Source: Anolis carolinensis
Taxonomy: Eukaryota
Assembly: GCF_035594765.1 (NCBI RefSeq)
Contig: NC_085842.1
Coordinates: 208,517,747-208,581,746 of the forward strand
Reading direction: 5' to 3'
Length of the DNA: 64,000 nt
This document shows, piece by piece, positions 1 to 11,677 of the stretch. Position numbers and translations under genes: made by a program. Each line of letters opens with the position of its first letter. Positions within the stretch are counted from its first letter, which is position 1. Under the pieces are notes generated by a model. It saw only the letters and a program-made list of their open reading frames with translations. It did no database searches and had not been told where the DNA came from.

Positions 1-786
1 ATGGCTGGCAACTTCAAAGGATCTGTAGTTAAGCAAGTGGAATATATATATATATAATCTTCAGAAGATCTGATCGCAGTAAAGCAAGTGGACTCTCTCT
101 CTCTCAGTATGTGTGTATATTCCGAAGTATTGCTGATTTTTCTGGAATGTTTATTACAATAGGCAATGGGTGATTTCCTTTCCCCTCTTATGAACAAACC
201 TTGGTCTCACCCTTGTTGAGAGCAGCGTGAGTTGGGTTTTCCTCTTGTCTTTTCCCTCACAGAACCATGCATATGGACTTTCAGTCCAGATATGTGATAA
301 CTTTGTCAACTGATCTAAACCAAAGAGAGTTGGAAGGAGTGTGGAGCTAGTCCCAAGATTTTGGGGTGAAGTTGACCTTTTAAGATACTGGTTGCAGTGG
401 GATTTCAAGAGAACCGAAGCAGAAGTCCCATCCATGCTAATCTTGAATTGATTGGGACCATCTTCCAAGTAATTGTCTACAATCCCTTGCGAGTAGGATT
501 ACGCTGTGTCTATGGGCAAGAGGGATGCTAGCATTTCTATTTTTGTTCTTCTTTCCTCTTCCTCGTCCAACACACCACCATCCCCTTGTTTGGCTACATT
601 TATCTGTCCAAGTAATCCTTCATAATGCAGGATTGGGAAAGGAGAAAATCAGGAGATCTAAACAATTTTCCACTTGGCTCTTTCCAGTTAAATTTCAAAT
701 GCTTCCAAACGCATCCATCTGCATCAAATCAGGAATGGTCAGAGAAAAATATTTTAGAAGTGGGTTCCTTTAGTCATAAATAAGAG

Positions 787-889
787 TCTCACAAACTCTG
801 AGGATGCCTGCCATAGATGTGGGTGGAACGTCAGGAGAGAATGTTTCTGGAACATGGCCATACAGCCCGGAAAACTCACAGCAATCCAG
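787..889 (+). mobile_element. PLE terminal-repeat fragment
   Basis: Matches 38751-38850. TSD TAAATAAGAG at 777-786 and 890-899. Hammerhead GAAA mutated to GGAA. Confidence 0.8.
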
Positions 890-1670
890 TAAATAAGAGG
901 TTCTCATCCACATGTAGCGATCATGTGTGTGTATACCGGGGCTATCAATCTTCGGCAGACTAGTTCACAATTCTTCTATTTCATCTATGTAATTATAACC
1001 CATCCATCTCGGATCCTGTTTACGCGGGGTATAAAGCGGGTCGCATTTATTTTCTTTTACACAGACACAAATCAACATTGAGACCATTAGATCTAACTCA
1101 CCCAGCCTTTCAAGAGCAGACATGGTTGCTGCCATATTTACTACTGAGAGATTAAACATTAATAACAAAATATCATAATATAATCACAACCAGTCCTTTT
1201 AAAAAATCCCCAGTTGTCTGAGCACGAAAGATTAAGCATTATTGGGTTGGACTCATGCAAGGAACAAACTCTATAAAAACGCTCAAACGTTTTTGGAAGC
1301 ATCTATTATATTCTTGCAATGTGGCGGCATTTCTTTCTTCCTTCCCGGTTGCTTTTTTCCCTTCGTGCCCCAATAACAACATGGTGGGCAAGTGAATTTT
1401 TTAAAAAAGAGATTAAAAAAACTCCTGCAAGAAACAATGTAGTGGTTAAGAATTGTACATAACTCATCCTAGGAAAATAATAATAATGAACCCTCTCCCC
1501 ACAATATTATCAGACACGTGTCGTCTGTCTTTGTTATGTTTTAACACCATAGGGTGAATTGTTTCACATTCTTCCTGCAATGAAAAGTAAGATACCTTTA
1601 AATCCATCAACAGCAATTCAATAGAGCAAATATATCCGCTGATTACACAGAGAGAGAGAGACATACATAT

Positions 1671-1704
<34 letters not shown>

Positions 1705-2150
1705 TACACACAGAGAGAGACATATATATATTACACACACACATATATCTTTGCAATACATATATAAGCAAAGAGATATTAATCTCTTCGCTCCCTCTTA
1801 AGACTGAAAGAGGCTGAGAGAAAATCAATTTCCCCGGGCGATAAACGTCTGGATTCCTCGATTCCCGTAAGATCCAATAGTTGATTCCCAGAAACAGACG
1901 GTGAGGAAGGGAGGGAGGCAAGGAGGGAGGCAAAGCAAGCGGCTAGCCGACCTTAAGCATGAAAACAAGAAAGACCTTTCAATCCGCTAGGATGGATAAC
2001 ACAACAGAGACAGAGAAACGGGCACAGGTGCTGGGGTCCCAATTTCTGACCTCTAAAATAATCTATCCATGTTAGGTTTCCTTGCCAGGCTGTTTTTAGT
2101 TGACCTTCCTCTCATTCTGCTTATAATATACTAGATATAAGGTCTTGTCT

Positions 2151-2294
2151 NNNNNNNNNNNNNNNNNNNNNNNNNNNNNNNNNNNNNNNNNNNNNNNNNN
2201 NNNNNNNNNNNNNNNNNNNNNNNNNNNNNNNNNNNNNNNNNNNNNNNNNNNNNNNNNNNNNNNNNNNNNNNNNNNNNNNNNNNNNNNNNNNNNN
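2151..2294. other. Assembly gap (N run)
   Basis: N characters. Confidence 1.
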
Positions 2295-2607
2295 AACATC
2301 ACAACCTCTGGGGATGTCATCCCTCAGGCAAGAAACAGACAGGCTTTGAATCTGCAAGGCCATTAAATGCTAGCCAAGCTGGCCATATGCAACATTTACA
2401 CTTGCCTTCAACAGACAAGAGTTCTTTCTCCCAGCCTGGACTTTTCACAGATATTTAAACCCCACTTGCCGAGTTTCCAACAGACCTCACAACCTCTGCG
2501 GATGTAGGCTAAACCTCAGGAGAGAATGCTTCTGGAACATGGTCATACAGCCCGGGAAAACTCACAGCAACCCAGTGATTCCGGCCATGAAAGCCTTCGA
2601 CAACACA
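2295..2607 (+). mobile_element. PLE terminal-repeat fragment about 500 bp upstream of the HOXC13 ATG
   Basis: Homology to the PLE 3' region. Abuts the N gap. Confidence 0.78.
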
Positions 2608-2779
2608 ATGCCATCTTATTTTTTAAAAAGAGCGAAACCATTCCATTCCTAATGTGATATGTAATTCTGAGCATTTTTTTCCCTTCGGCTCCTTTGTGTC
2701 GGCCAAATATGAAGCGCCCCACCTTGCCCTTATTTATTTCCTCGCACGCTTGACAATCAGTGGGGTGGAGGAGGAGGAG

Positions 2780-3098
2780 GAAGGGGGGACCTCCCGTCGC
2801 CTTTAAGGATTTTTGTTTCTGAGCGCCAATGGGAGCGCTCCGTCCTCTTCCCGAAGCAGAGGGGAGCCCTCCCATTGGCCAGCGCGACGTCACGTGCCGG
2901 GGCTCGGCAGCGGCAAGAAGCAGGCGAGAAGCGCCTCCAGACGGGTCACGTGGCCCGGCGGATTTCTTAATGAACCGGCCCCTCTCTCGAGCCGGGCTCT
3001 CTTGTGCGCATGCCCGGGCGTCAACAATATGTTGGGGAAATTAGGTGTCTCCTCTCTTTGGGAAGGCGAGTTTTAAAAAGCTCGGCGCAGACCATGCT
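2780..3098 (+). promoter_or_regulatory. HOXC13 proximal promoter/5' UTR at the start of a CpG island
   Basis: CpG-rich. CCAAT at 2826, ATTGG at 2874, GACGTCACGTG (CRE-like/E-box) at 2886-2896, CACGTG at 2947. Confidence 0.65.
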
Positions 3099-3801
3099 AT
3101 GACGACTTCCCTGATCTTGCATCCACGCTGGGCGGAGACCTTCATGTACGTCTACGAGGAGACCCCGAATGAGAGCAGCGCCAACAAGATCCCAGCCTCC
3201 GCCGCCGCCATGGAAGGGCTCGCGGGGAACTGCCCGGCCAGCCACTGCCGGGACCTGATCGCCCACCCGGCCCTGGGACGACACTCCAGCGGGCTCGGCG
3301 GACACCAGGGCTCGGTCTACGCGGAGATCCCGGCGCCCGACGCCGCCCGGCAGTGCCCGCCGCCGCCTCCTCCGCCTCCTCCTCCCGCCGCCTCCAGCGC
3401 CCCCTTGGGCTACGGCTACCCCTTCGGAGGCAGCTACTACGGGTGCCGCTTGTCCCACGCCCACAACGTGAACTTGCAGCAGAAGCCTTGCTCCTACCAC
3501 CCGGCGGCAGCCGAGAAATACCCCCCGGAGCCCAGCGGCTCCCTCCCCAGCGAAGAACTCTCCTCCCGGGCCAAAGAGTTTGCCTTTTACCCCAGCTTTG
3601 CCAGCTCCTACCAAGCCGTCCCAGGCTATTTGGACGTATCCGTGGTGCCCGGGATCAGCGGACACCCGGAGCCCCGCCACGACGCGCTGCTGCCCATGGA
3701 TGGCTACCAGCACTGGGCGCTCTCCAACGGGTGGGACGGGCAGGTCTATTGCTCCAAGGAGCAGCCCCAGTCCGGACACCTCTGGAAGTCACCCTTCCCA
3801 G
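3099..3801 (+). CDS. HOXC13: Homeobox protein Hox-C13, coding exon 1
   Basis: MTTSLILHPRWAETFMYVYE N-terminus and Hox13 motifs (LSSRAKEFAFY, GYLDVSVVP, YQHWALSNGWDGQVYC, HLWKSPFP). Phase-1 donor CCAG|GTAGGG after 3801. Confidence 0.96.
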
Positions 3802-4485
3802 GTAGGGCTGCCTCTCTCTCTCCTCCTCCTCGGGATGATCCCCCGCCCTTCCCGCTGCCTCTCTCTCTTTCTTTCTCTGCTCCGTATGTTGCATGTTAAC
3901 CCAGCCGCCCAGGTGAATCTGGGGCTCTTGCACAGGCACGCAGGAGGCGAAGAAGCCAGCGGGTTGGAAATCCGGCTCCGTGCCTGCGAGCTCCGAGGTG
4001 CTGCTTTCACACTGCGTGCCAATGAATGTCTGTGCCTGTTTTGATCGCCCCCTCCTTCCCTCACGCAACTGGATTCCTCAATTCTGCTTGCATCCATCAC
4101 AAACATCGGAATATTACAAACCACATGTTTATATATACAATATCAGAGTTACCCTTTATCTGGCTGGATCTACCCTGCCAAATAATGCCATATATAGATA
4201 TGTAGGTAGGTAGGTAATTATTACCCCGAGTTACCCATTCTCTGGCTGGATCTACCCTGCCATTTGACTGCTACAGTAATGTAATTCAGATTCCATTATA
4301 TGGGTGACTGCATCGTGCATTGTACCGGTGACTATACCATGTAGATTAACTGAATATGGCCCTTTCTTTACTGCCATCTAAAATCCAGATTATCTGCTTT
4401 GAGCTGGATTATGTGGCATTGTAGACGCCTATAATCCAGTTCGAAGCAAACAACCTGGATTATTTGCTTTGATCATCTAGATTCT

Positions 4486-4713
4486 AGAACCCCCGTGGTG
4501 CAATTGCTGACCGAAAGGTCGGGGGTTCGAATTCGGGAACCGGGTGAGCTCCCGTCTGTCGGCTGCAGCTCCTCGTGCCGGGACATGAGAGAAGCCTCCC
4601 ACAAGGATGGTAAAACATCAAACATCCGGGCGTCCCCTGGGCAACGTCCTTGCAGAAGGCCAATTCTCTCACATCAGAAGCGATTTGCAGCAAGTCGCTT
4701 TTGACACAAAAAA
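4486..4713 (+). mobile_element. tRNA-derived SINE (Sauria-SINE-like head) in the HOXC13 intron
   Basis: B-box GGTTCGAAT, tail AAGTCGC..TGACAC(A)n. Homologous to 30289-30507. Confidence 0.8.
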
Positions 4714-7700
4714 TCACCCCAGTTACCCTTTCTCTGGCTGGATCGACCCTGCCAAATATGAAAGCTATATCATGCCATTCAAACTCCATCATGCACTATG
4801 CATTATACCGGTGGCTGTACCATGTAGGTCACTAACTATGGCCCTTTCTATACAGCCAGTTAAAATCCAGATTATCTGCTTTCAGATGGATTATATGACA
4901 ATGTAGACTCATACAATCCAGTTCGAAGCAGACAAGCTGGATTATCTGCTTTGATCATCTGGATTCTCTGGCAGTGTAGATCCAGCCTAATTCATGCTGT
5001 TCAAGCTGCATTATTCGACTAGCGTGGATCCTCTTGTTTTCCTCCCCCTTTTGCTCTCTCTCTCTCTCCCTCTTCTAGGAAGGCCAGGCTTTTATTTTTT
5101 TCGGAAAGGGACAGTAAATCATATTGCAATTACAGAAGTAGCTGTCAAGTGACATGAATCTTACAAATGAATCTTGTAAGGGTAGCGAAAGGGGGGAACG
5201 AGAGCGATGCTTTTGCCTCTGGTTAGAAATCTGGCCTGAGTGACAGGCGGCGATGGGGGGACTGAAAGCTGGGGGCGCTTTATTGGGAGGGAGAGATGGA
5301 AAACCCAGGACGACTCCTTTGCTCTTGGGGTCCCCACCTTGCCATCAATATACAGGCCCTTCTCTCACGGCGGGGTGAATAGGAGCGGAGAGTCTGAGAC
5401 TGAAAAAACAAGGAGGGCTGGGTTGGGAGGGAGAGAAGGGAAGGGAAGGGGTGGGTGAGGATAAAGGCAGCGGAAAGCAGGCATTTATCGTGGGGATGCC
5501 CCTTCAAGAGAAGACTCGGCTTGCCAACAATGCCTGCTCGGAGCGAGCGTTGCATGATGGGGGTTTTCCTCCCTTCCTGTAAGGAAGGAGAAATCAGAGT
5601 TGAGTGCGGAAGGAAAGAAAGAGAAGGCCCCATTTAGTCTTGCTGTTCTTTCAGCCTCTTGTATTGGCAGAGGTTTCGTTGGGGGGTACCGGTGAAGACC
5701 TCCTTGTTTATTTGAGTCCAGAATACCCAAGGAAGCCTGGGTTAGATGGAAGGCGGAGAGGCAAGGGGTTTGCAAGCCTGAGTGGTGTGAGAATGAATGC
5801 AGGTTTCCCCATCTGTGTTCCTTTTTTTGGAAGAGGTTGGAAGGGATCTTCCATCCACTGCTGTGGTTCCTAAAAGCAGAGTGGAGAGAGCTCAAAGGAA
5901 GAGCCTCATCTCATTTTCTCCTTCATTCTCGTTCCGTTTTCCTGATACATTGTTGGAGGGGGGCGGGACTCCAAAGCACTGTATGTGTGTGTGTGTGTTT
6001 GTGTGTGCCTGCCACACTTTGTTTTCACTGCCTCAAAAGACGCCATTGAAATAATAGAAAGATATTCTAGGAACTCTGGGAAAAGTAAGAATCCACCAGC
6101 TACACAACTAGGAAAAAAGGAAAACACAAACACCTTAGCTGCCTATAAATAACAAAGAACCCTATCGCTCACTGAAGGCAAGGAGCTTTATTTGTCATGA
6201 GCGAGCGGTTAATCTACTACAGAAGAAACAACAGGGGCTTGTAGCAGCTTAAATAGACCCTAGTAGCCAGCTTTGTTTGGCTTGAACTTCGGAGGAGAGC
6301 AACCCACTATTTCAGTTGTGAGCAACTGAAATGGTGGGTCTTTAAGGTCTTGCATGATTAACTGCTGCAACCACAATTCGGGGGGGGGGGGCATTTTTCC
6401 CCATTGAGAGTGTCTCTTCTCTTCTCCATCATGGAGAAATACTCTCCATGAGGTTTCGGCTGTCCTTCGTGAGGACCCACCCCCCACCCCCCAAAAATAC
6501 CTCCCTACCCCATCCCTTTGCCCCCTTCATTTCAGTCTTTCCAAGAAAATATTCTGAGAGGTTTCTGCTGTCCTTCGGCAGGAAATCCCCTCCCCAAATT
6601 ACCTCCCCAACCTACTCCTTTGCCCCTTTAATTTCAGTCTTTCCGTGGCCATAGTTCGGCCAGTGCAAACCAGCTCTGAGGTATTATCCAGCCTATTTAA
6701 TTCAAGAACGCCTTCGAGAGAAAGATAAAGAAAAGAGCCCGGTTGGAAGGGGGGGGGAGAGATTGAGGTCGATGCACGAGTGATTACAGTTAATCCTGAC
6801 GAATTGGCAACGGGGCAGCCTTTGCAGAAGATGCTATTAAGGAGGAGACTGTATGCATGAAGGAATAATGAGGATCATTGATTCCCCACTGCCTTCTAGA
6901 CTAGGCGAGGTGTTTCCCATTTCCCAACAGCGTGGGAATCGCTGGAGAAAGCACAAAGCATTCGACACAACCAGGGCCTGGTGGTTTGGGATTCTTCTTA
7001 GTGTAGCTCTCCTGAGCAGCAAAGGATGTGGACAGGAGGGGAAGGGAGAGAAGGTGCAGGTCCCTCAAGCTCACAGATGGCCCTTGAGCTGCATAGGTGC
7101 CAGAACTAAACATCAGGAGAGAAAGGGATTGGGAGAAAGAGATACACACACCACAAACACAGAAACAAACACAGGGGACTCGATGCCTCAAATGCTGAGG
7201 TCTCCTGGAACAAACCCAGACCGCGTCCACACAGCTGAGGAAAATCCCACATTATCTGCTTTGAATTGAGATATATAGCTGTGTAGACTCAGATAACCAG
7301 TTCAAAGCACATCTTGAGGGATTTTCTGCCTTCTATTCTGGGTTATATGGCTGTGTGGAAGCCCCCCCCCCCCCCCCCCCAGTTCACGAGGAAGGCGAAG
7401 AGAGTCTCTCTAAAAGCGACCGCTTCAACATTCACTGGATGCTTAGAAGGGGAGTGATGGGCTGGGTCTCCATTAAAAAAAAAAGTGGGGGGGATCACTA
7501 ATTTTGGAACCAACTTCCAAATTTCTAATTTCGGCTGCCCTCTTTGCTAAATGCCTTTTCCTTGACTTGCTGGGCTTTCTTTGTCTCAGATCAGTCTCGC
7601 TCGGAATAGCAGCACCCCTTGATACCTCCCATGCTGATATATTAATACTGGCTGGAGAAGACCACTCCACCCTGCACAGTCCCAACCGCGTCTTGCTTGT

Positions 7701-7881
7701 CCCCCCCCCCCCCCTTTATTTCTCTCCTTAGTCTCTCATTCTATCTTCCTCTCTTTTTCTCCCCCATCCACATTTCCATTTCTTTCCTTCGCATCCTCCC
7801 CATAGGCTTATTTTCCCCTTCTCTATAATGTCTGGAAGAGACATAGCCCATCTAGTTACAAGATGCTGTTTAATATAATAG

Positions 7882-9054
7882 ACATCTTTCTTTCTTTCTT
7901 TCCTTCCTTTCCTCCCTTCTTCCTTTCTTCCTCAATCTCTCTTCCTTTTTCCCCTCTCTGTCTCCTTCTCTTCTTCCTTCCTCAATTTTTTTCATTTACA
8001 CTTTCTCTCTGCTTCTTCTCCGTTAATTTTCTTTCCTCTTCCTTTCTTCCTCAATCTTGATTTTTCTTTTTCTTTCCTCTTCTCTCTCTCTTCTTCCTTT
8101 CTTCCTCAATCTCTTTTTTCCTCTTTCTTTCCCCTTCTGCTTCTCCGGCCTTTCTCTCTCATTCCTGCCTCTTTTCTTCTTCCTCCTCAATATCTCTTCT
8201 AAATTTTTCTCTTTCCATTCTCTTTTCGGCCCTTTCTTTCTTCTGCCTGTCTTCTCTCCTTCTTCCTTTCTTCCTCAATTTTGATTTTGCTTTTCCCTCC
8301 TTTCTTCCTTCCTTTCTTTCTTTCTCTTTCTTCTTTGTTTATTCCTCAATCTCTCTTTTTTCCCTTTTTCTCCCCCTGCTTCTCCTGCCTTTCTCTCTCT
8401 CCTGCCTCTCTTTTCTTCTACTTCCCCAATATCTCTTCCTTTTTCTCTTTCTGTTCTCTTTTTGGACTCCTCTTCTTCCTTCCTTTCTTCCTCAATCTCT
8501 TTTTTCCTCTCTCTCTCCCTCTCCGTCCTTCCCCAATCTCTGTTTCTTTTTCTCTTTCTCTTCTCTTTTCTGTCCTTTCTCTCTTCTCTTCTCTGTCTTT
8601 TCTTCCTCATTTCCCTTCCCCTTTCTCTTTCTGTTCTTGTTTCTATACTTTCTTCTATTTGTCTTCCTTCCTTCCTCAATCTCTCTTCCTCTGACTCTTT
8701 CTGTTCCCCTTTCTGCCCTTTCTCTCATCTCTTCTTCTTCTCTTCTTCCTCAATCTCTTTTTCCTCTTTCTCTCCCTCTCTTCTCTCTCTCTCTCCTGTA
8801 TCTCTTCTTCCCACCTTCCTCAATCTCTCTTCCTTGTTCTCTTTCTGTTCTCTGTTCTGTCCTTTCTCTCTCCACTTCTTCTTCATTTCTTCCTCAATCT
8901 CTCACCCTTTGACTCTTTCTCTTTTCTGTCCTTTCTCTCTTCTCTTATTTTTCTTCCGCCCTGAATCCTTGATTTCTCTTCCTCTGTGCTCCTCCGTCCT
9001 TTCTCTCTCCCTCTCTCTCTTCCTTCTGCTCTTTCCTCTTCTCCTCATCGTTTC
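7882..9054 (+). repeat. Polypyrimidine cryptic minisatellite in the HOXC13 intron
   Basis: C/T-rich, with recurring TTCTTCCTCAATCTCT. No AG dinucleotide seen in the interval. Confidence 0.9.
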
Positions 9055-9056
9055 AG

Positions 9057-9313
9057 ATGTGGTCCCTCTTCAACCCGAAGTGAGCAGCTACCGTAGGGGT
9101 CGAAAGAAAAGAGTCCCCTACACGAAAATCCAGCTGAAAGAACTAGAGAAAGAGTACGCCGCCAGCAAGTTCATTACCAAAGAGAAGCGACGACGGATCT
9201 CGGCCACCACTAACCTTTCCGAGCGCCAGGTCACCATTTGGTTTCAGAACCGGAGGGTGAAGGAGAAGAAGGTGGTTAGTAAATCTAAGGCACCTCACCT
9301 GCACGCCACCTGA
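9057..9313 (+). CDS. HOXC13: Homeobox protein Hox-C13, coding exon 2 (homeodomain)
   Basis: Acceptor TTTCAG|AT. Joins in frame to give [34 protein letters not shown]...[11 protein letters not shown]...HLHAT*. Spliced CDS is 960 nt (319 aa). Confidence 0.97.
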
Positions 9314-9903
9314 CCCAGCCAGGCCTTCAGAGGGGGCCAGGAAGGGCAAAAACAAAGCCAGAACAAACAAGCCCAAGTCTAGAGAAGCCGCCGACACTCT
9401 CAGCACCACTACCGCCAACTAAAGGGGGGACAGGACAGAATCAAAGACACCTATTTATCGGGTCCATTTGTATAAAAATAATAATCCAGCCAGGCATCGG
9501 GACTCTTTAATTTGATTATTTAAAGAAAAAACACCTCCAAAGAGGCGGCCAGGGATTGCAACCGCCCTCTTTGGGTTGTCTTCTGTCTTCTGTCTTCTTC
9601 TGTCCATGTTGCCATCCTCTTTAACTGTGAATGCCGTCGCCTTTCTTACACAGCAGTTTGGATATGATTTTTCAAGATGCACATTGGACAAGTAGAGGGG
9701 AGGGAAAGGTGGGGTACAAATCAGTCTGGTTCCTACCAGGGGTGTCTGAATGTTATATTGTACATCGTCTTCCCTCCCCCCTCTTTCTCTTTCTTTGGCT
9801 GTTTTTTTAATGAATATATGTATATATAAATATAAATATATATATATATGGGGAACTTTTTCAAAGCGGTTCCGGTAAAGATACCATAATTATTTGTTTA
9901 ATA

Positions 9904-10346
9904 TGTTGTCGGAGGCCTTCATGGCCAGAATCACTGGGTTGCTGTGAGTTTTCCGGGCTGCACGGCCATGTTCCGGAAGCATTCTCTCCTGACGTTTCGC
10001 CCACATTTATGGCAGGCATCCTGAGGTTTTGAAACTCTTGGAAACTAAGCAAGTTGGGTATCTGTGGAAGGTGCAGGGTGGGAGAAAGAACTCTTGTCTG
10101 TTGGAGGGAAGTGTGAATGTTGCAATTAATCGCCTTGAAAAGCCTTACAGCTTCAAGACCTGGCTGCTTCCTGCCTGGGGGAATCCTTTGTTGGGAGGTG
10201 TTAGCTGGCCATGACTGTTTCCTGTCTGGAATTCCTCTTTTCTGGGTGTTGTTCATTATTTACTCTCCTGGATTTTAGAGGGTTTTTTTAATACTGCTGG
10301 CCAAATTTTGTTCATTTTCATGGTTTCCTCCTTTCTGTTGAAATTG
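9904..10346 (-). mobile_element. PLE 3' fragment downstream of the HOXC13 stop
   Basis: Homology to 38751-39150. Confidence 0.85.
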
Positions 10347-10489
10347 CTCTTCTTATCGTTTGTTGTTATTTCTAAGATTATTAGATAGAGTCCAAATAAC
10401 TGGTGACTCCCAGGTTTTTGAACAGAATCCGAATCTTTGAGAGATGATTCACTATATATAAAACTATATATCTGTGGATATATAGGTCT

Positions 10490-10703
10490 ATATATATGTG
10501 GAAGGTCCAGGGTGGGAGAAAGAACTCTTGAGAGGCCAGTGAGAATGTTGCAATTAATAATTCCACAGATATATAGACCTCACTTGCTTAGTTTTCAACA
10601 GACCTCACAACCTCTGAGGATGCCTGCCATAGATATGGGAGAAACTTAGGAGAGAATGCTTCTGGAACATTGCCATTCCGCCCGGAAAACTCACAGCAAC
10701 CCA
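10490..10703. mobile_element. PLE fragments (short minus piece, then plus-strand terminal repeat at 10560-10703)
   Basis: Homology to the PLE terminal repeat in both orientations. Confidence 0.78.
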
Positions 10704-11624
10704 AGTATTTGTTTCTTTAAGAGGGACCCAAAGCAAAGTTTGGGAGAGGGGGAGAAAAAAAAAGAGAGAGAAGTAAATAAGGCTGCTACCTTGAATATGT
10801 TGCTGTTAATATCACTTCCTCTCTGATTTTAGTATGGGATTGCTCCAATACTTTTTGTCCCACCTGAATTTAAAGGTGACCGGTCAATGTAATGCGGAGG
10901 ACGCAGTCCAGCTACTCCCAAGACTACTTGGTTTGTAAAGCAAGACATTCAAACGGGTTTTTTCAAAATTCGTCATTGACCTGAATGCGATTAAATATCC
11001 CTTCCTTTTTGGCCGAATCGTAGCCTTGTTCTTTTTTAATTTGCTGGAAAAGGTTCTCAGCCGGGTTTGATTTTTTCCTTATTTTTTATTAGAATTGTTG
11101 TCGCTGTTGTTGTTGTTATGGTGCGTTTGTTTTCCCCGCTACCAAACTGGAATGTTTTTTTCTCTGTGGACATTGCGGGGGGAAATGCGAAACTCTGTTG
11201 TTGATTTTTTTGTTTCTTGGGCGATGCTCCCCTCCTTTCTATATAAATTCAAGTCAGGAAGAGCCGTAGGTGTTCTTTCACGATGTTAAAGCGTCTTTTT
11301 TTTAAAAAAAAAAGAGAGAGAACAAAATTGTCTTGTATATGTATATAATGTGGTGTCCGAATGATATGTACTGAATGCAGAATACATTTCTTAAAAATAA
11401 GTCTTTCCCTTTCTTTTCTTCCCCCCATCCCAACCAACGCACGTTTTATTTTTCCTGATTTGGGAAACCATGACCTGATGGCTTTCCTTCTGAATGGTAA
11501 AAGTAAAATAATAATAATAATAATAAATGATTATTATTATAATAATTATATTATTATTAATAATTATAATATTTTATTATTTTACCTGCCTCCATCCTAA
11601 TGACTTTACTTCTGAATGCTAATA

Positions 11625-11626
<2 letters not shown>

Positions 11627-11677
<51 letters not shown>
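11627..11677. repeat. (AAT)n microsatellite; others at about 52072-52127 and (ATT)n at about 55113-55163
   Basis: Read directly from the sequence. Confidence 0.9.

Noticed and set aside
3045-3098. N-terminal extension of HOXC13 in the ORF track
   Set aside because: Starts at GTG. The conserved start is MTTSL at 3099.
3021-3779. 252-aa antisense ORF over HOXC13 exon 1
   Set aside because: Shadow ORF of GC-rich coding sequence with no recognisable domain.
8462-9056. F/S/L-rich N-terminal extension of the 283-aa homeodomain ORF
   Set aside because: Translation of the intronic pyrimidine tract, which lacks stops by composition and starts at a non-ATG codon. The real exon starts at 9057.
9861-10256. 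Family of similar short ORFs (MPAIDVGETSGENASG and related)
   Set aside because: Translations of the repeated PLE terminal region, not a gene family.
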